From: Thermoanaerobaculia bacterium
GTDB lineage: Bacteria > Acidobacteriota > Thermoanaerobaculia > Multivoradales > JAHEKO01
DNA length: 64,000 nucleotides
Direction of reading: 5' to 3'
NCBI GenBank assembly: GCA_947259925.1
Contig: CAMYOG010000026.1
Span: 24,196 to 88,195 of the forward strand
Shown here: positions 16,896-24,714 of the stretch, piece by piece
How the letters are laid out: every line of letters starts with the position of its first letter
Position numbering within the stretch: position 1 is the stretch's first letter
Notes under the pieces: generated by a model
Database searches by the model: none
What the model saw: only the letters and a program-made list of their open reading frames with translations
What the model was told of the DNA's origin: nothing
Translations under genes and position numbers: made by a program

Positions 16896-19040
16896 CTGGC
16901 TACACTCGAAGATCGTTCGGCACCGCTCGAAGACCAGGCGCTCGACCTGGGCGACAAGGCGTACTACATCAATCGGGAGCTCAGCTGGCTCGCCTTCAAC
17001 GCGCGCGTTCTGGAGGAAGCCCTCGACGAGGAGAACCCACTCCTCGAGCGCGTCAAGTTCCTGTCGATCTTCAGCAGCAACCTCGACGAGTTCTTCATGA
17101 TCCGGGTGGCGGGGCTGCGCCGGCAGCTCGAGGTCGGCGCCCTCGAGGCACCTCCCGACGGCATGACGCCCGCCGAGCAGCTGGCGGCGATTCGCGAGAC
17201 CCTGATGCCGATGCTCAAGCAGCGGTTCCGCTGTTGGCAGGACGACCTCAAGCCGAAGCTCGAGGAGCAGGGCATCCGGGTGCTCGACTACTCCGACCTC
17301 AAGCGCAAGCAGCGCAAGCTGCTCCGGCGCCACTTCGAGCGCGAGATCTTTCCGGTCCTGACGCCGCTCGCCTTCGACCCCGGGCACCCGTTTCCCCACA
17401 TTTCGAACCTGAGCATCAACCTCGCGGTCGAGATCAACGATCCGGGTCACGGCGAGCGCTTCGCGCGGCTCAAGGTTCCGAACGCCCTCGACCGGCTCCT
17501 GCGCATCCCGAGTGAGGAGAAGGCCGGCCGCTACGAGCATCTCGGTCTGGTCGGACCGAAGAGCAGCCACTTCGTCTGGCTCGAGGAAGTGGTCGCGGCC
17601 AATCTGGACCTGCTGTTCCCCGGGCTCGAGATCGTCACCGCGCATCCGTTCCGCATCACCCGGGACGTCGATCTCGAGATCGAGGAGGACGAAGCGGCCG
17701 ATCTGATCACCACTATGCAGGACTTCGTGGCCCAACGGCACTTCGGCTCGGCGATCCGGCTCGAGGTGGACGCCGGGATGCCGGAGCGCATCCGCTCGAT
17801 TCTGAGTCGGAATCTGCGCCTGTCGCCCTACCAGGTCTACGAGGTGGAGGGCCCCCTCGGTCTTTCGGACATGATGGAGCTGACCAGCATCGATCGTCCG
17901 GAGCTGAAGGACCCGCCCTTCCTGCCGCAGTCGCCGCCCGAGCTCACGGGTGAAGAGAGCATCTTCTCGGTGCTGCGCGACCGCGACGTGCTCCTCTATC
18001 ACCCCTACGACAGCTTCGCTTCGGTGGTCGACCTGATCCGCAAGGCGGCTCGCGATCCGAACGTGGTCGCCATCAAGCAGACGCTCTATCGCACCGGCCC
18101 CAACTCACCGATCGTGAAGGCCCTGCGCGAAGCGCGTGAGCAGGGCAAGCAGGTCGCGGCCATGGTCGAGCTCAAGGCGCGGTTCGACGAGGAGAACAAC
18201 ATCGTCTGGGCTCGGGCTCTGGAAGAGGCTGGCGTCCACGTCGTCTACGGCCTGGTCGGCCTCAAGGTGCACTGCAAGATCTGCCTGGTCGTCCGGCGCG
18301 AGGCCCACGGCATCCAGAGCTACGTTCATCTCGGAACCGGCAACTACAATCCGGTCACGGCACGGCTCTACACCGACCTGGGCTACTTCACCACCGATCC
18401 GGAGCTCGCGGCCGACGTCTCCGACCTGTTCAACGCCCTGACCGGCTACTCGAAGAAGACCCACTATCGCAAGCTGCTGGTTTCACCCCACTCGATGCGC
18501 GAGCAGCTGCTCGAGCGCATCGATCGCGAGATCTCGGCCCATCTGGAGGACGGCCAGGGCCATCTCGCCTTCAAGATGAACTCCCTGGTCGACAAGCGCT
18601 GCATCCGAAAGCTCTACGAGGCGTCGCAAGCCGGCGTCAAGGTCGAGCTGCAGGTCCGTGGCATCTGCTGCCTGCAGCCGGGGGTCAGCGGCGTCAGCGA
18701 CAACATCCGGGTCACTTCTGTAGTCGGCCGGTTCCTCGAGCACTCCCGGATCTACTACTTCCGCAACGGCGGCGACGAGGAGATCCTCCTCGGCAGCGCC
18801 GACCTGATGCCGCGCAACCTCGGCGGCAGGGTCGAGCTCCTGTTCCCGGTGCGCGACCCCGAGCTCCTGGCGTCGCTGCGCGACGACATCCTGTTCCTGC
18901 ACCTGCGCGACAACGTCCGCTCCCGCGAGCTGCAAGCCGATGGCACCTACAAGCGGGTGCAGCCGGCCGGCGGCGAGGAAGTCGTCGACTCGCAGGCGTA
19001 CCGCCTGGAGCATCGCGGCTCCTGGCACCCGGAAGACTAG
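16896..19040 (+). CDS. ppk1: Polyphosphate kinase 1 (CTG start; ORF track start 17097 is internal)
   Basis: In-frame upstream YYINRELSWLAFNARVLEEA..LERVKFLSIFSSNLDEFFMIRVAGL; HPFPHISN, YHPYDSF, IKQTLYR, ELKARFDEENN, KVHCK, GTGNYN, GRFLEHSR, GSADLMPRNL. Confidence 0.95.
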   Translation: MATLEDRSAPLEDQALDLGDKAYYINRELSWLAFNARVLEEALDEENPLLERVKFLSIFSSNLDEFFMIRVAGLRRQLEVGALEAPPDGMTPAEQLAAIRETLMPMLKQRFRCWQDDLKPKLEEQGIRVLDYSDLKRKQRKLLRRHFEREIFPVLTPLAFDPGHPFPHISNLSINLAVEINDPGHGERFARLKVPNALDRLLRIPSEEKAGRYEHLGLVGPKSSHFVWLEEVVAANLDLLFPGLEIVTAHPFRITRDVDLEIEEDEAADLITTMQDFVAQRHFGSAIRLEVDAGMPERIRSILSRNLRLSPYQVYEVEGPLGLSDMMELTSIDRPELKDPPFLPQSPPELTGEESIFSVLRDRDVLLYHPYDSFASVVDLIRKAARDPNVVAIKQTLYRTGPNSPIVKALREAREQGKQVAAMVELKARFDEENNIVWARALEEAGVHVVYGLVGLKVHCKICLVVRREAHGIQSYVHLGTGNYNPVTARLYTDLGYFTTDPELAADVSDLFNALTGYSKKTHYRKLLVSPHSMREQLLERIDREISAHLEDGQGHLAFKMNSLVDKRCIRKLYEASQAGVKVELQVRGICCLQPGVSGVSDNIRVTSVVGRFLEHSRIYYFRNGGDEEILLGSADLMPRNLGGRVELLFPVRDPELLASLRDDILFLHLRDNVRSRELQADGTYKRVQPAGGEEVVDSQAYRLEHRGSWHPED

Positions 19041-19117
19041 CCTGGCCTTCTCACCAGCTTCCTACTGCGCCGCCGTATGTTGGCTCGCTACGAAAGCCGG
19101 CGAGAAGGTCAGGCTAG
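19037..19117. repeat. Short copy of the 2750-2931 palindromic element between convergent stops
   Basis: CTAGCCTGGCCTTCTCACCAGCTTCCTACTGCGC..GCCGGCGAGAAGGTCAGGCTAG; left arm matches reverse complement of the 2898-2930 arm at 32/33 nt. Confidence 0.8.
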
Positions 19118-19863
19118 CCCGCCGGTACCCGCTCGCGAATCTCGGCCCAGAGCTGCTCGTAGGCCTTGGCCGGCGCGCTCCAACTCGCGAATCGGTTCAC
19201 CGGCGCCCGGTTGAGGGCCATCTTCTCGACCAGACTCGAGTAGGGCACCGACGTCTGGAGAAACTCGGGCTGCACTCCGACCCCGGCGGTGATCTCCCGA
19301 TGGAGCTTCTTTCGACAGTCGACCATGCAGAAGAACGGCAGGATCCGCGCGCGGCGGAACCGCCGACGTTTGACCAGGTGGCGCTCGAGCCGGTCGAGCA
19401 TCCGAAGTGACAGGGTGGTCGGTATGGTCGGCACGAGCAGCGCGTCGGCGGCCACGAAGACACTCTCCGACAGCAGCGAGATGCTCGGGGCGCAGTCCAG
19501 AAAGACCTCGTCGTACTCGTCGTCGAGCGCCTGCAGAAGCGACGCCAGCCGCCGTGCCGGCTTTTTCATGTCGGCCAGCGCCAGGTCCAGCTTCCGGTAC
19601 GAGAAGTCGGCCGGAAGCAGGTCGAGGTCCTCGAAATCGGTACCTTTGATCACCGCTTCGAGCCTCCGCCCGCCTTCGAGCAGCTTGCGGGCCCCGCCCT
19701 TGACCTTCGGCTTGACGCGGAACATGAAAGTCGCCGCCCCCTGCGGGTCGAGGTCCCAGAGCAGGGTTCGGCGGCCCTCCCGCGCGGCGAGATAGGCGAG
19801 GTTGGCCGCCGACGACGTCTTACCGACGCCGCCCTTGATGTTGTAGAGCGCCAGAACCCTCAC
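19114..19863 (-). CDS. ParA/MinD-family ATPase (orphan, CHAD-associated)
   Basis: Deviant Walker A YNIKGGVGKT, WDLDPQG, LLPAD, FLDCAPS, VPTIPTTLS. Confidence 0.9.
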   Translation of the reverse strand: MRVLALYNIKGGVGKTSSAANLAYLAAREGRRTLLWDLDPQGAATFMFRVKPKVKGGARKLLEGGRRLEAVIKGTDFEDLDLLPADFSYRKLDLALADMKKPARRLASLLQALDDEYDEVFLDCAPSISLLSESVFVAADALLVPTIPTTLSLRMLDRLERHLVKRRRFRRARILPFFCMVDCRKKLHREITAGVGVQPEFLQTSVPYSSLVEKMALNRAPVNRFASWSAPAKAYEQLWAEIRERVPAG

Positions 19864-21443
19864 TCGCTCCCCCCGTCCACGAACATCACTCGGAATCGTT
19901 CGACGGTCTTGGCGGAGCTGAACTTCCCGAACGCTTCGGCGAACCTGCTGCGCTCTCGCGCCTCACCCTGTTCGAGCTCACCGACGAGCCGTCCCAGGGC
20001 CATCACCGCCGTGGTCCCTCCCGAGTCCGCGTCGATCAGCTCCTCGGCCAGGCCAACCAGCATCCGCTTCTGGATTCCGTAGTCGTTGAAGGCGCCCAGA
20101 TTGTCCTGCAGTCGCTTGAGTGCCCGCACCGGGCGATCGATCTCCTCCGGCGGGTAGAGCGTCCGGAACAGCTCGAGGGCGTAGCGGAGCTTCTTACAGT
20201 CGATCCGCAGACGATGAAGATCCTCCGGCGGACTGTCGTCGCTGATCTTCCGGCCCCGCTTCAGCACCTTGCGATGGGCTTTCCGGATCAGGCGGCTCGC
20301 AACCGTACCGATCGGCTCCCTGGCCGCCTCGGGTCGTTCTTCGTCGGCCGGCGGATGTTCCAGGAACGCGCGCCAGGCCTCGATCAGCTCTCGATACCGG
20401 GCGCTCTCGAGCTCTGTCGCCATCCGGCGCTGCGCGCCCTGCTGTCTCGCCTCCAAGAGCTCGCGCAATGGCTCCAGGTCCCGACGGACCGACTCGGCCA
20501 GCTTTGCCGTCGACCCCGGTAGCTCGAGCAGGTAGACGTCGAGATCACGAGTCGGACCGGTCAGCTTACCGAGCCACGAGAACTCCCGGCGGAGAGGCTC
20601 GATCCGTGCCTCCGGCCAGAGCTTCCTGGTCAGACTGAGCGCCGAGCGCGTACGTCGCACCGCTACCCGGAAGTCATGGAGAAATTCGCTGTCCAGGTCG
20701 GCCACAGTGCCGGCGTGGTTCTTTTCGATCGCCCCGAGCAGGGCCCTCAACACCTGGCGGACCGCCTCGTCGGCAGGTGTCGCGACATCGAGCGGTACGT
20801 TCGGCTTCGAAGTGTACTCACCCGCTCGCCCGAAACCCCCCAGGGCCGAGCCCGCCTCGAACTCGTCCGCGTCCCACTCCTCGAGGCCGAGCTCCTTTCC
20901 CAGGAACCGGACCAGCTTGCGGAAGTCGTCCGGGTAGCCCCGGACTCCTCTGACAATCAGGATCGGGGCGAGCGGCCTCCTCCGCTGCCGCGATCCCGGA
21001 GCCCGAGCGGCGGGAACTTCCGCGACCAGACGCACGACGGTCTTGCGGCGGCGGTCGAGAACCCGTAGAAGCCGTCCTTCGGCCTTCACCTCCACGATCG
21101 GCAGCAGGCGACGCATCGTGATGACCGACGCGAGCTTCTGCCGGAAGGGGCTCGCCGGCAGGTCGGCCGCAAACCCGATCGTCTGGAGGTCGTCGGAGCG
21201 GAGATCCAGGCGCTCGGCCCGCGCCCGGCCTTCCGACTGCCATCTCAACTGAGGCCCGCTGGCCGAGGGCTGCAGCCAGAGTCGCGACTTCCTACGCCAC
21301 AGGCGCCAGTCGAAGGTGTCGAAGTAGGTTCGCTGCCGCACCGCCTTCTCGCTCTCGAGGGCGTACCGATCGCCGAGCGCCTCGACCACACGGTCGAGAC
21401 CGGCTTCGTCGGCGACGGTGAAGGCGACCTCGGTCTGGACCAT
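19860..21443 (-). CDS. CHAD-domain polyphosphate-binding protein with N-terminal CYTH-like region
   Basis: TYFDTFDWRL; CHAD motifs EFLHDFRVAVRRTRS, TGPTRDLDV, LHRLRIDCKKLRYALE, LQDNLGAFND. Confidence 0.9.
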   Translation of the reverse strand: MVQTEVAFTVADEAGLDRVVEALGDRYALESEKAVRQRTYFDTFDWRLWRRKSRLWLQPSASGPQLRWQSEGRARAERLDLRSDDLQTIGFAADLPASPFRQKLASVITMRRLLPIVEVKAEGRLLRVLDRRRKTVVRLVAEVPAARAPGSRQRRRPLAPILIVRGVRGYPDDFRKLVRFLGKELGLEEWDADEFEAGSALGGFGRAGEYTSKPNVPLDVATPADEAVRQVLRALLGAIEKNHAGTVADLDSEFLHDFRVAVRRTRSALSLTRKLWPEARIEPLRREFSWLGKLTGPTRDLDVYLLELPGSTAKLAESVRRDLEPLRELLEARQQGAQRRMATELESARYRELIEAWRAFLEHPPADEERPEAAREPIGTVASRLIRKAHRKVLKRGRKISDDSPPEDLHRLRIDCKKLRYALELFRTLYPPEEIDRPVRALKRLQDNLGAFNDYGIQKRMLVGLAEELIDADSGGTTAVMALGRLVGELEQGEARERSRFAEAFGKFSSAKTVERFRVMFVDGGSE

Positions 21444-21470
21444 GGCGCGCCAGTATAGCCACCGGCACCG

Positions 21471-22169
21471 TCATTCCTCAGCCCAGTCCGTCACAAGCAG
21501 ACAGACGGGCACCCATAGCCAGCAGGACCGGCCGGTCTCGGCGTCGGTAGCTCCTATGGAGAAGGCTCCGGCGCCGAATCTGCAGCCCGCCGGGTGGAGC
21601 TCGGCGGCGAGCGCCTCGGCAAGCTGCACCCGGACCTCCTGCGGGCAGGCCGGCGCGCCGTCACTGGCATCGCCCAACGCCGCCACCGTACCCGGGGCCG
21701 GCCACGGCTGCACGGTCAGGACCGCCCGGACGGCGGTCCGAGCGAGCGTCCTCACGCCGGCCGGATGCTCCAGCTGGCGCAGGCCGACCGTCGAGATCTC
21801 GTAGCTCGCTCTGGTCCACTCGCCTGCCGGCTCGCAGAGGGAGCACGGTTCTCGAGCGATCTCGACCGGCGCCTCGACCTGAGCCCGACTCGAGCGCGTC
21901 CAGTCCTCCAGGCGAGTCAGTCCGAACGAGAGGTCCAGTTCCTCGGGCTCGGCGCCCGCGAGCAGCCGGGCAGCGGCGAGAGCGAGTCCGGACTCGGCGG
22001 CATTCAACGCTTGCAGGGTCTCGTGATCGACGGTTCCGAGCCGCCTTTCGGACAACGCCATCTCCGAGATCACGATACCGAGACCGGTCAAGACCAGGAT
22101 CACCGCGAGCGCCAACAGATAGGCGCTGCCTCGCTGCGTCGAGCCCCCCGGCCTGCGCACCGTGCTCAT
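21471..22169 (-). CDS. PilX-like minor pilin / type IV pilus assembly protein
   Basis: QRGSAYLLALAVILVLTGLG, ALNAAESGL; ATGA overlap with upstream gene. Confidence 0.7.
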   Translation of the reverse strand: MSTVRRPGGSTQRGSAYLLALAVILVLTGLGIVISEMALSERRLGTVDHETLQALNAAESGLALAAARLLAGAEPEELDLSFGLTRLEDWTRSSRAQVEAPVEIAREPCSLCEPAGEWTRASYEISTVGLRQLEHPAGVRTLARTAVRAVLTVQPWPAPGTVAALGDASDGAPACPQEVRVQLAEALAAELHPAGCRFGAGAFSIGATDAETGRSCWLWVPVCLLVTDWAEE

Positions 22170-23269
22170 CGACTCCGGACCGCGATCTGGGCGCTCGACC
22201 GCGCCCGTAGGAAGGAGCGGCCCACCGACGTGGCGGCACCCACCTCTCCGTACCACCTGTCCTCGATGCGAGCCAGCGGCGGTGAGACGTAGTGGCGCAG
22301 CGGGCGCGCGCCCCGCAGCAGAATCGACAGACCTACGAGCTCGAGCGGACCCTCCGGCGGAACCGGCGCCACCGGCAGCTCGGGACCACCGAAGTGCCAG
22401 CGGCGAGCCCCGGGATCGTCCGGTTGCGAAAAGGCCAGCGCGACCTGGAGGTCGAGCGCGTTGTCGACCAGCGGCACTCCGGCGCGGGGAGCCTCGGCGT
22501 GCGGCCGTTCCGACCCCGGATAGAACCGCGAACGAGCGAGCTGATGGCGCGCCCAACCACCGGGCTGCCGCTCATCGCTGCGCACGAAGTACCGCATTTC
22601 TACGAGGACGCCGACGTAGCGCATCCAGTCCGAGCCGCGCGCACGAGTACACGCCGCGCTCAGCCTCCGGTAGCCGTCGGCCAACGCGGTACCACTCGTC
22701 CGGTATTCGACGGCCAGCTCCGTCACCTCACCCGAGACCCCACGCCCCCTCGCTACAGCGCTCACCAGCTCGACGATCGAGCAGCTCGCCGACCCTCGCG
22801 CGCCGGTCACCAGCAGAGCTTCTCCGGGAACGTCTCCGGCGGCGGCTAGCAGGCCCTCGAGCGGCTGCTCCGCGCCTCCCTCCGTGCGGCGCGAGAGGAT
22901 CAGCGTCTCGGGCGCGAGCGCCGAGATCTCGAGCATCGAGCCCTCGACCACCCCACGCACGATCAGGACGTCGGTCTCCGGAACCACGGCCGGGCTCCGG
23001 GGGTCACCGATACGCTCTCCGGGAGCGGCATTGTTGCGAACCTCGATCGCCAGGCTGGCAGGGAGGCCACCCCACCCTGCCACGCGACAGGCGCGGGTCA
23101 GCGCATGCCGGGCGATGCGGAGCGACTGTTCCAGGTCTACGGTGAGCGACTGCCGCCGGGTGACCCCGGAGTGGGTCTCGAAGAGCACCAGCAGTCCGAC
23201 CAGCAGACTGGTCGCCAGTGCCATCGCGACCATCAGCTCCAGCAGCGAGAAGCCCCTAGCGCGTCTCAT
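22166..23269 (-). CDS. PilW-like minor pilin
   Basis: Prepilin motif RGFSLLELMVAM; ATGA overlap with upstream gene. Confidence 0.75.
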   Translation of the reverse strand: MRRARGFSLLELMVAMALATSLLVGLLVLFETHSGVTRRQSLTVDLEQSLRIARHALTRACRVAGWGGLPASLAIEVRNNAAPGERIGDPRSPAVVPETDVLIVRGVVEGSMLEISALAPETLILSRRTEGGAEQPLEGLLAAAGDVPGEALLVTGARGSASCSIVELVSAVARGRGVSGEVTELAVEYRTSGTALADGYRRLSAACTRARGSDWMRYVGVLVEMRYFVRSDERQPGGWARHQLARSRFYPGSERPHAEAPRAGVPLVDNALDLQVALAFSQPDDPGARRWHFGGPELPVAPVPPEGPLELVGLSILLRGARPLRHYVSPPLARIEDRWYGEVGAATSVGRSFLRARSSAQIAVRSR

Positions 23270-23754
23270 CGTCGGATCCACTCCAGGCGTACCAGGTGTG
23301 CGATCGGGCGCTCTCCGAGGCCCGTCGACACGCTGATCTCGACCGCGCGCAGACCGATCCCGGGGATCTCGTCATCGGTCGGCACCGCTTCGGCGGCGCC
23401 GAGCCACCCGTCGTCGACGGCGCTCAGCGGGTAGTATCGAACACTCGTCCGGCGGAGCCAGCCGGCCGGGGAGGACGGCTCCGGCGGGCCCTCTGCCCAG
23501 CGCCCATCTCCGAGCGCACGGTGCTCGATCCGCGGAGCTCCAGCGAAGCCCTCCAGTCCGTTCTGTGCGTGAACCGCCGCTCGGGAGCGGAGCGCCCCGG
23601 TCCGAACGTCTCGGACAGCCCGCGCGAACAGGGCGGCCGTGACCAGGAGCACCACCCCGAGAATCGTCGCAGCGAGCAGTAGCTCGAGCAGCGAGAAGCC
23701 GCTCGCTCTCGGGGCGGCCCGGCGCGCGTCCGAAGCTATCCAGGCAGTAGTCAT
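23266..23754 (-). CDS. PilV-like minor pilin
   Basis: Prepilin motif SGFSLLELLLA followed by hydrophobic helix. Confidence 0.72.
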   Translation of the reverse strand: MTTAWIASDARRAAPRASGFSLLELLLAATILGVVLLVTAALFARAVRDVRTGALRSRAAVHAQNGLEGFAGAPRIEHRALGDGRWAEGPPEPSSPAGWLRRTSVRYYPLSAVDDGWLGAAEAVPTDDEIPGIGLRAVEISVSTGLGERPIAHLVRLEWIRR

Positions 23755-23796
23755 CGTTCCCGTCTAGGGGTGACGGGAACGCCCGCTCGGGTCTTT

Positions 23797-23813
23797 CGCA
23801 ACGTTCGGGCCGA
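23797..23813 (-). promoter_or_regulatory. Candidate sigma-54 promoter for the pilV/W/X-like operon
   Basis: Minus strand TCGGCCCGAACGTTGCG = GG-N10-GC (-24/-12). Confidence 0.5.
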
Positions 23814-24162
23814 CGTCACGAACCCGAGCGCCAGCTAGCCATATAGCCGCGCCGAGATCTCGCGTAGACTAGGTAGGGCGGATCGTCTAGAATCCGCTTA
23901 GGGATTCAAACCCAGTGGCTTGAATCGAGTATGGTTTGGGGGAGGCGCCCGCTCGCCATACTTATCCCATCCCTCTCTTAGGAGAGATAAAAGCATCACC
24001 CGCTTTCTCCATCCGCATTCCGCTCTTACAGCGGTAAACCGATGATGCCCAACCGCGTTCGGAGCCTCCCCCACACCACCAAACGCACACTCAGGCTGCC
24101 GCTATAGAACATGTTGCCGGTCGCCATCGATTTCTGACACCAGTACTCCCGCGTCTTCTCCC

Positions 24163-24705
24163 ATGTACAGCCGCGAGCCAGCGACCCTTACCCGCGACGT
24201 GGAGGTCGTCCAGATCCCGGACGGCCTGCCCGCTGTGCTCGCCAAGGGCTCCCGCGTGATGATCACCCAGGAGTTGGGCGGTACGTTCACGGTGATGAAC
24301 GACTACGGCGCGATGTTCCGCATCGACGAGGAGAATGCGGACGCCCTCGGCAAGGAGGCGACCACCGCTGACGACGCCCTCGACGAGGATGCTCCTCTGG
24401 AGGAGCGCGTCTGGGCGCAGCTGCGCAGGTGCTACGACCCCGAGATCCCGGTCAACATCGTCGACCTCGGGCTGATCTACGACTGCACGATCGACGAGCA
24501 GCCGGCTGACGGCGCCCGGGTGCAGGTCAAGATGACGCTCACGGCGCCCGGCTGCGGGATGGGACCGGTGCTCGCCGACGACGTCAAGCGTCGGGTCGAG
24601 TCGCTGGCCGCAGTGGCAGAGACCGAGGTCGAGATCGTGTTCGACCCACCGTGGGGTCCGAACATGATGACCGAGGCCGCCAAGCTCGAGCTCGGCTTGA
24701 TGTAG
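24163..24705 (+). CDS. sufT: Fe-S cluster assembly protein SufT (DUF59/PaaD family)
   Basis: ITQELGGTFTV, CYDPEIPVNIVDLGLIY, MTLTAPGCGMG, VFDPPW..MMTEAAKLELG. Confidence 0.9.
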   Translation: MYSREPATLTRDVEVVQIPDGLPAVLAKGSRVMITQELGGTFTVMNDYGAMFRIDEENADALGKEATTADDALDEDAPLEERVWAQLRRCYDPEIPVNIVDLGLIYDCTIDEQPADGARVQVKMTLTAPGCGMGPVLADDVKRRVESLAAVAETEVEIVFDPPWGPNMMTEAAKLELGLM

Positions 24706-24714
24706 CCGGCGCGG

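Noticed and set aside
19114-19863. ParA as chromosome or plasmid partition gene indicating an origin or mobile element
   Set aside because: No parB, replication, integrase or origin-linked genes in the window; it is coupled to CHAD instead.
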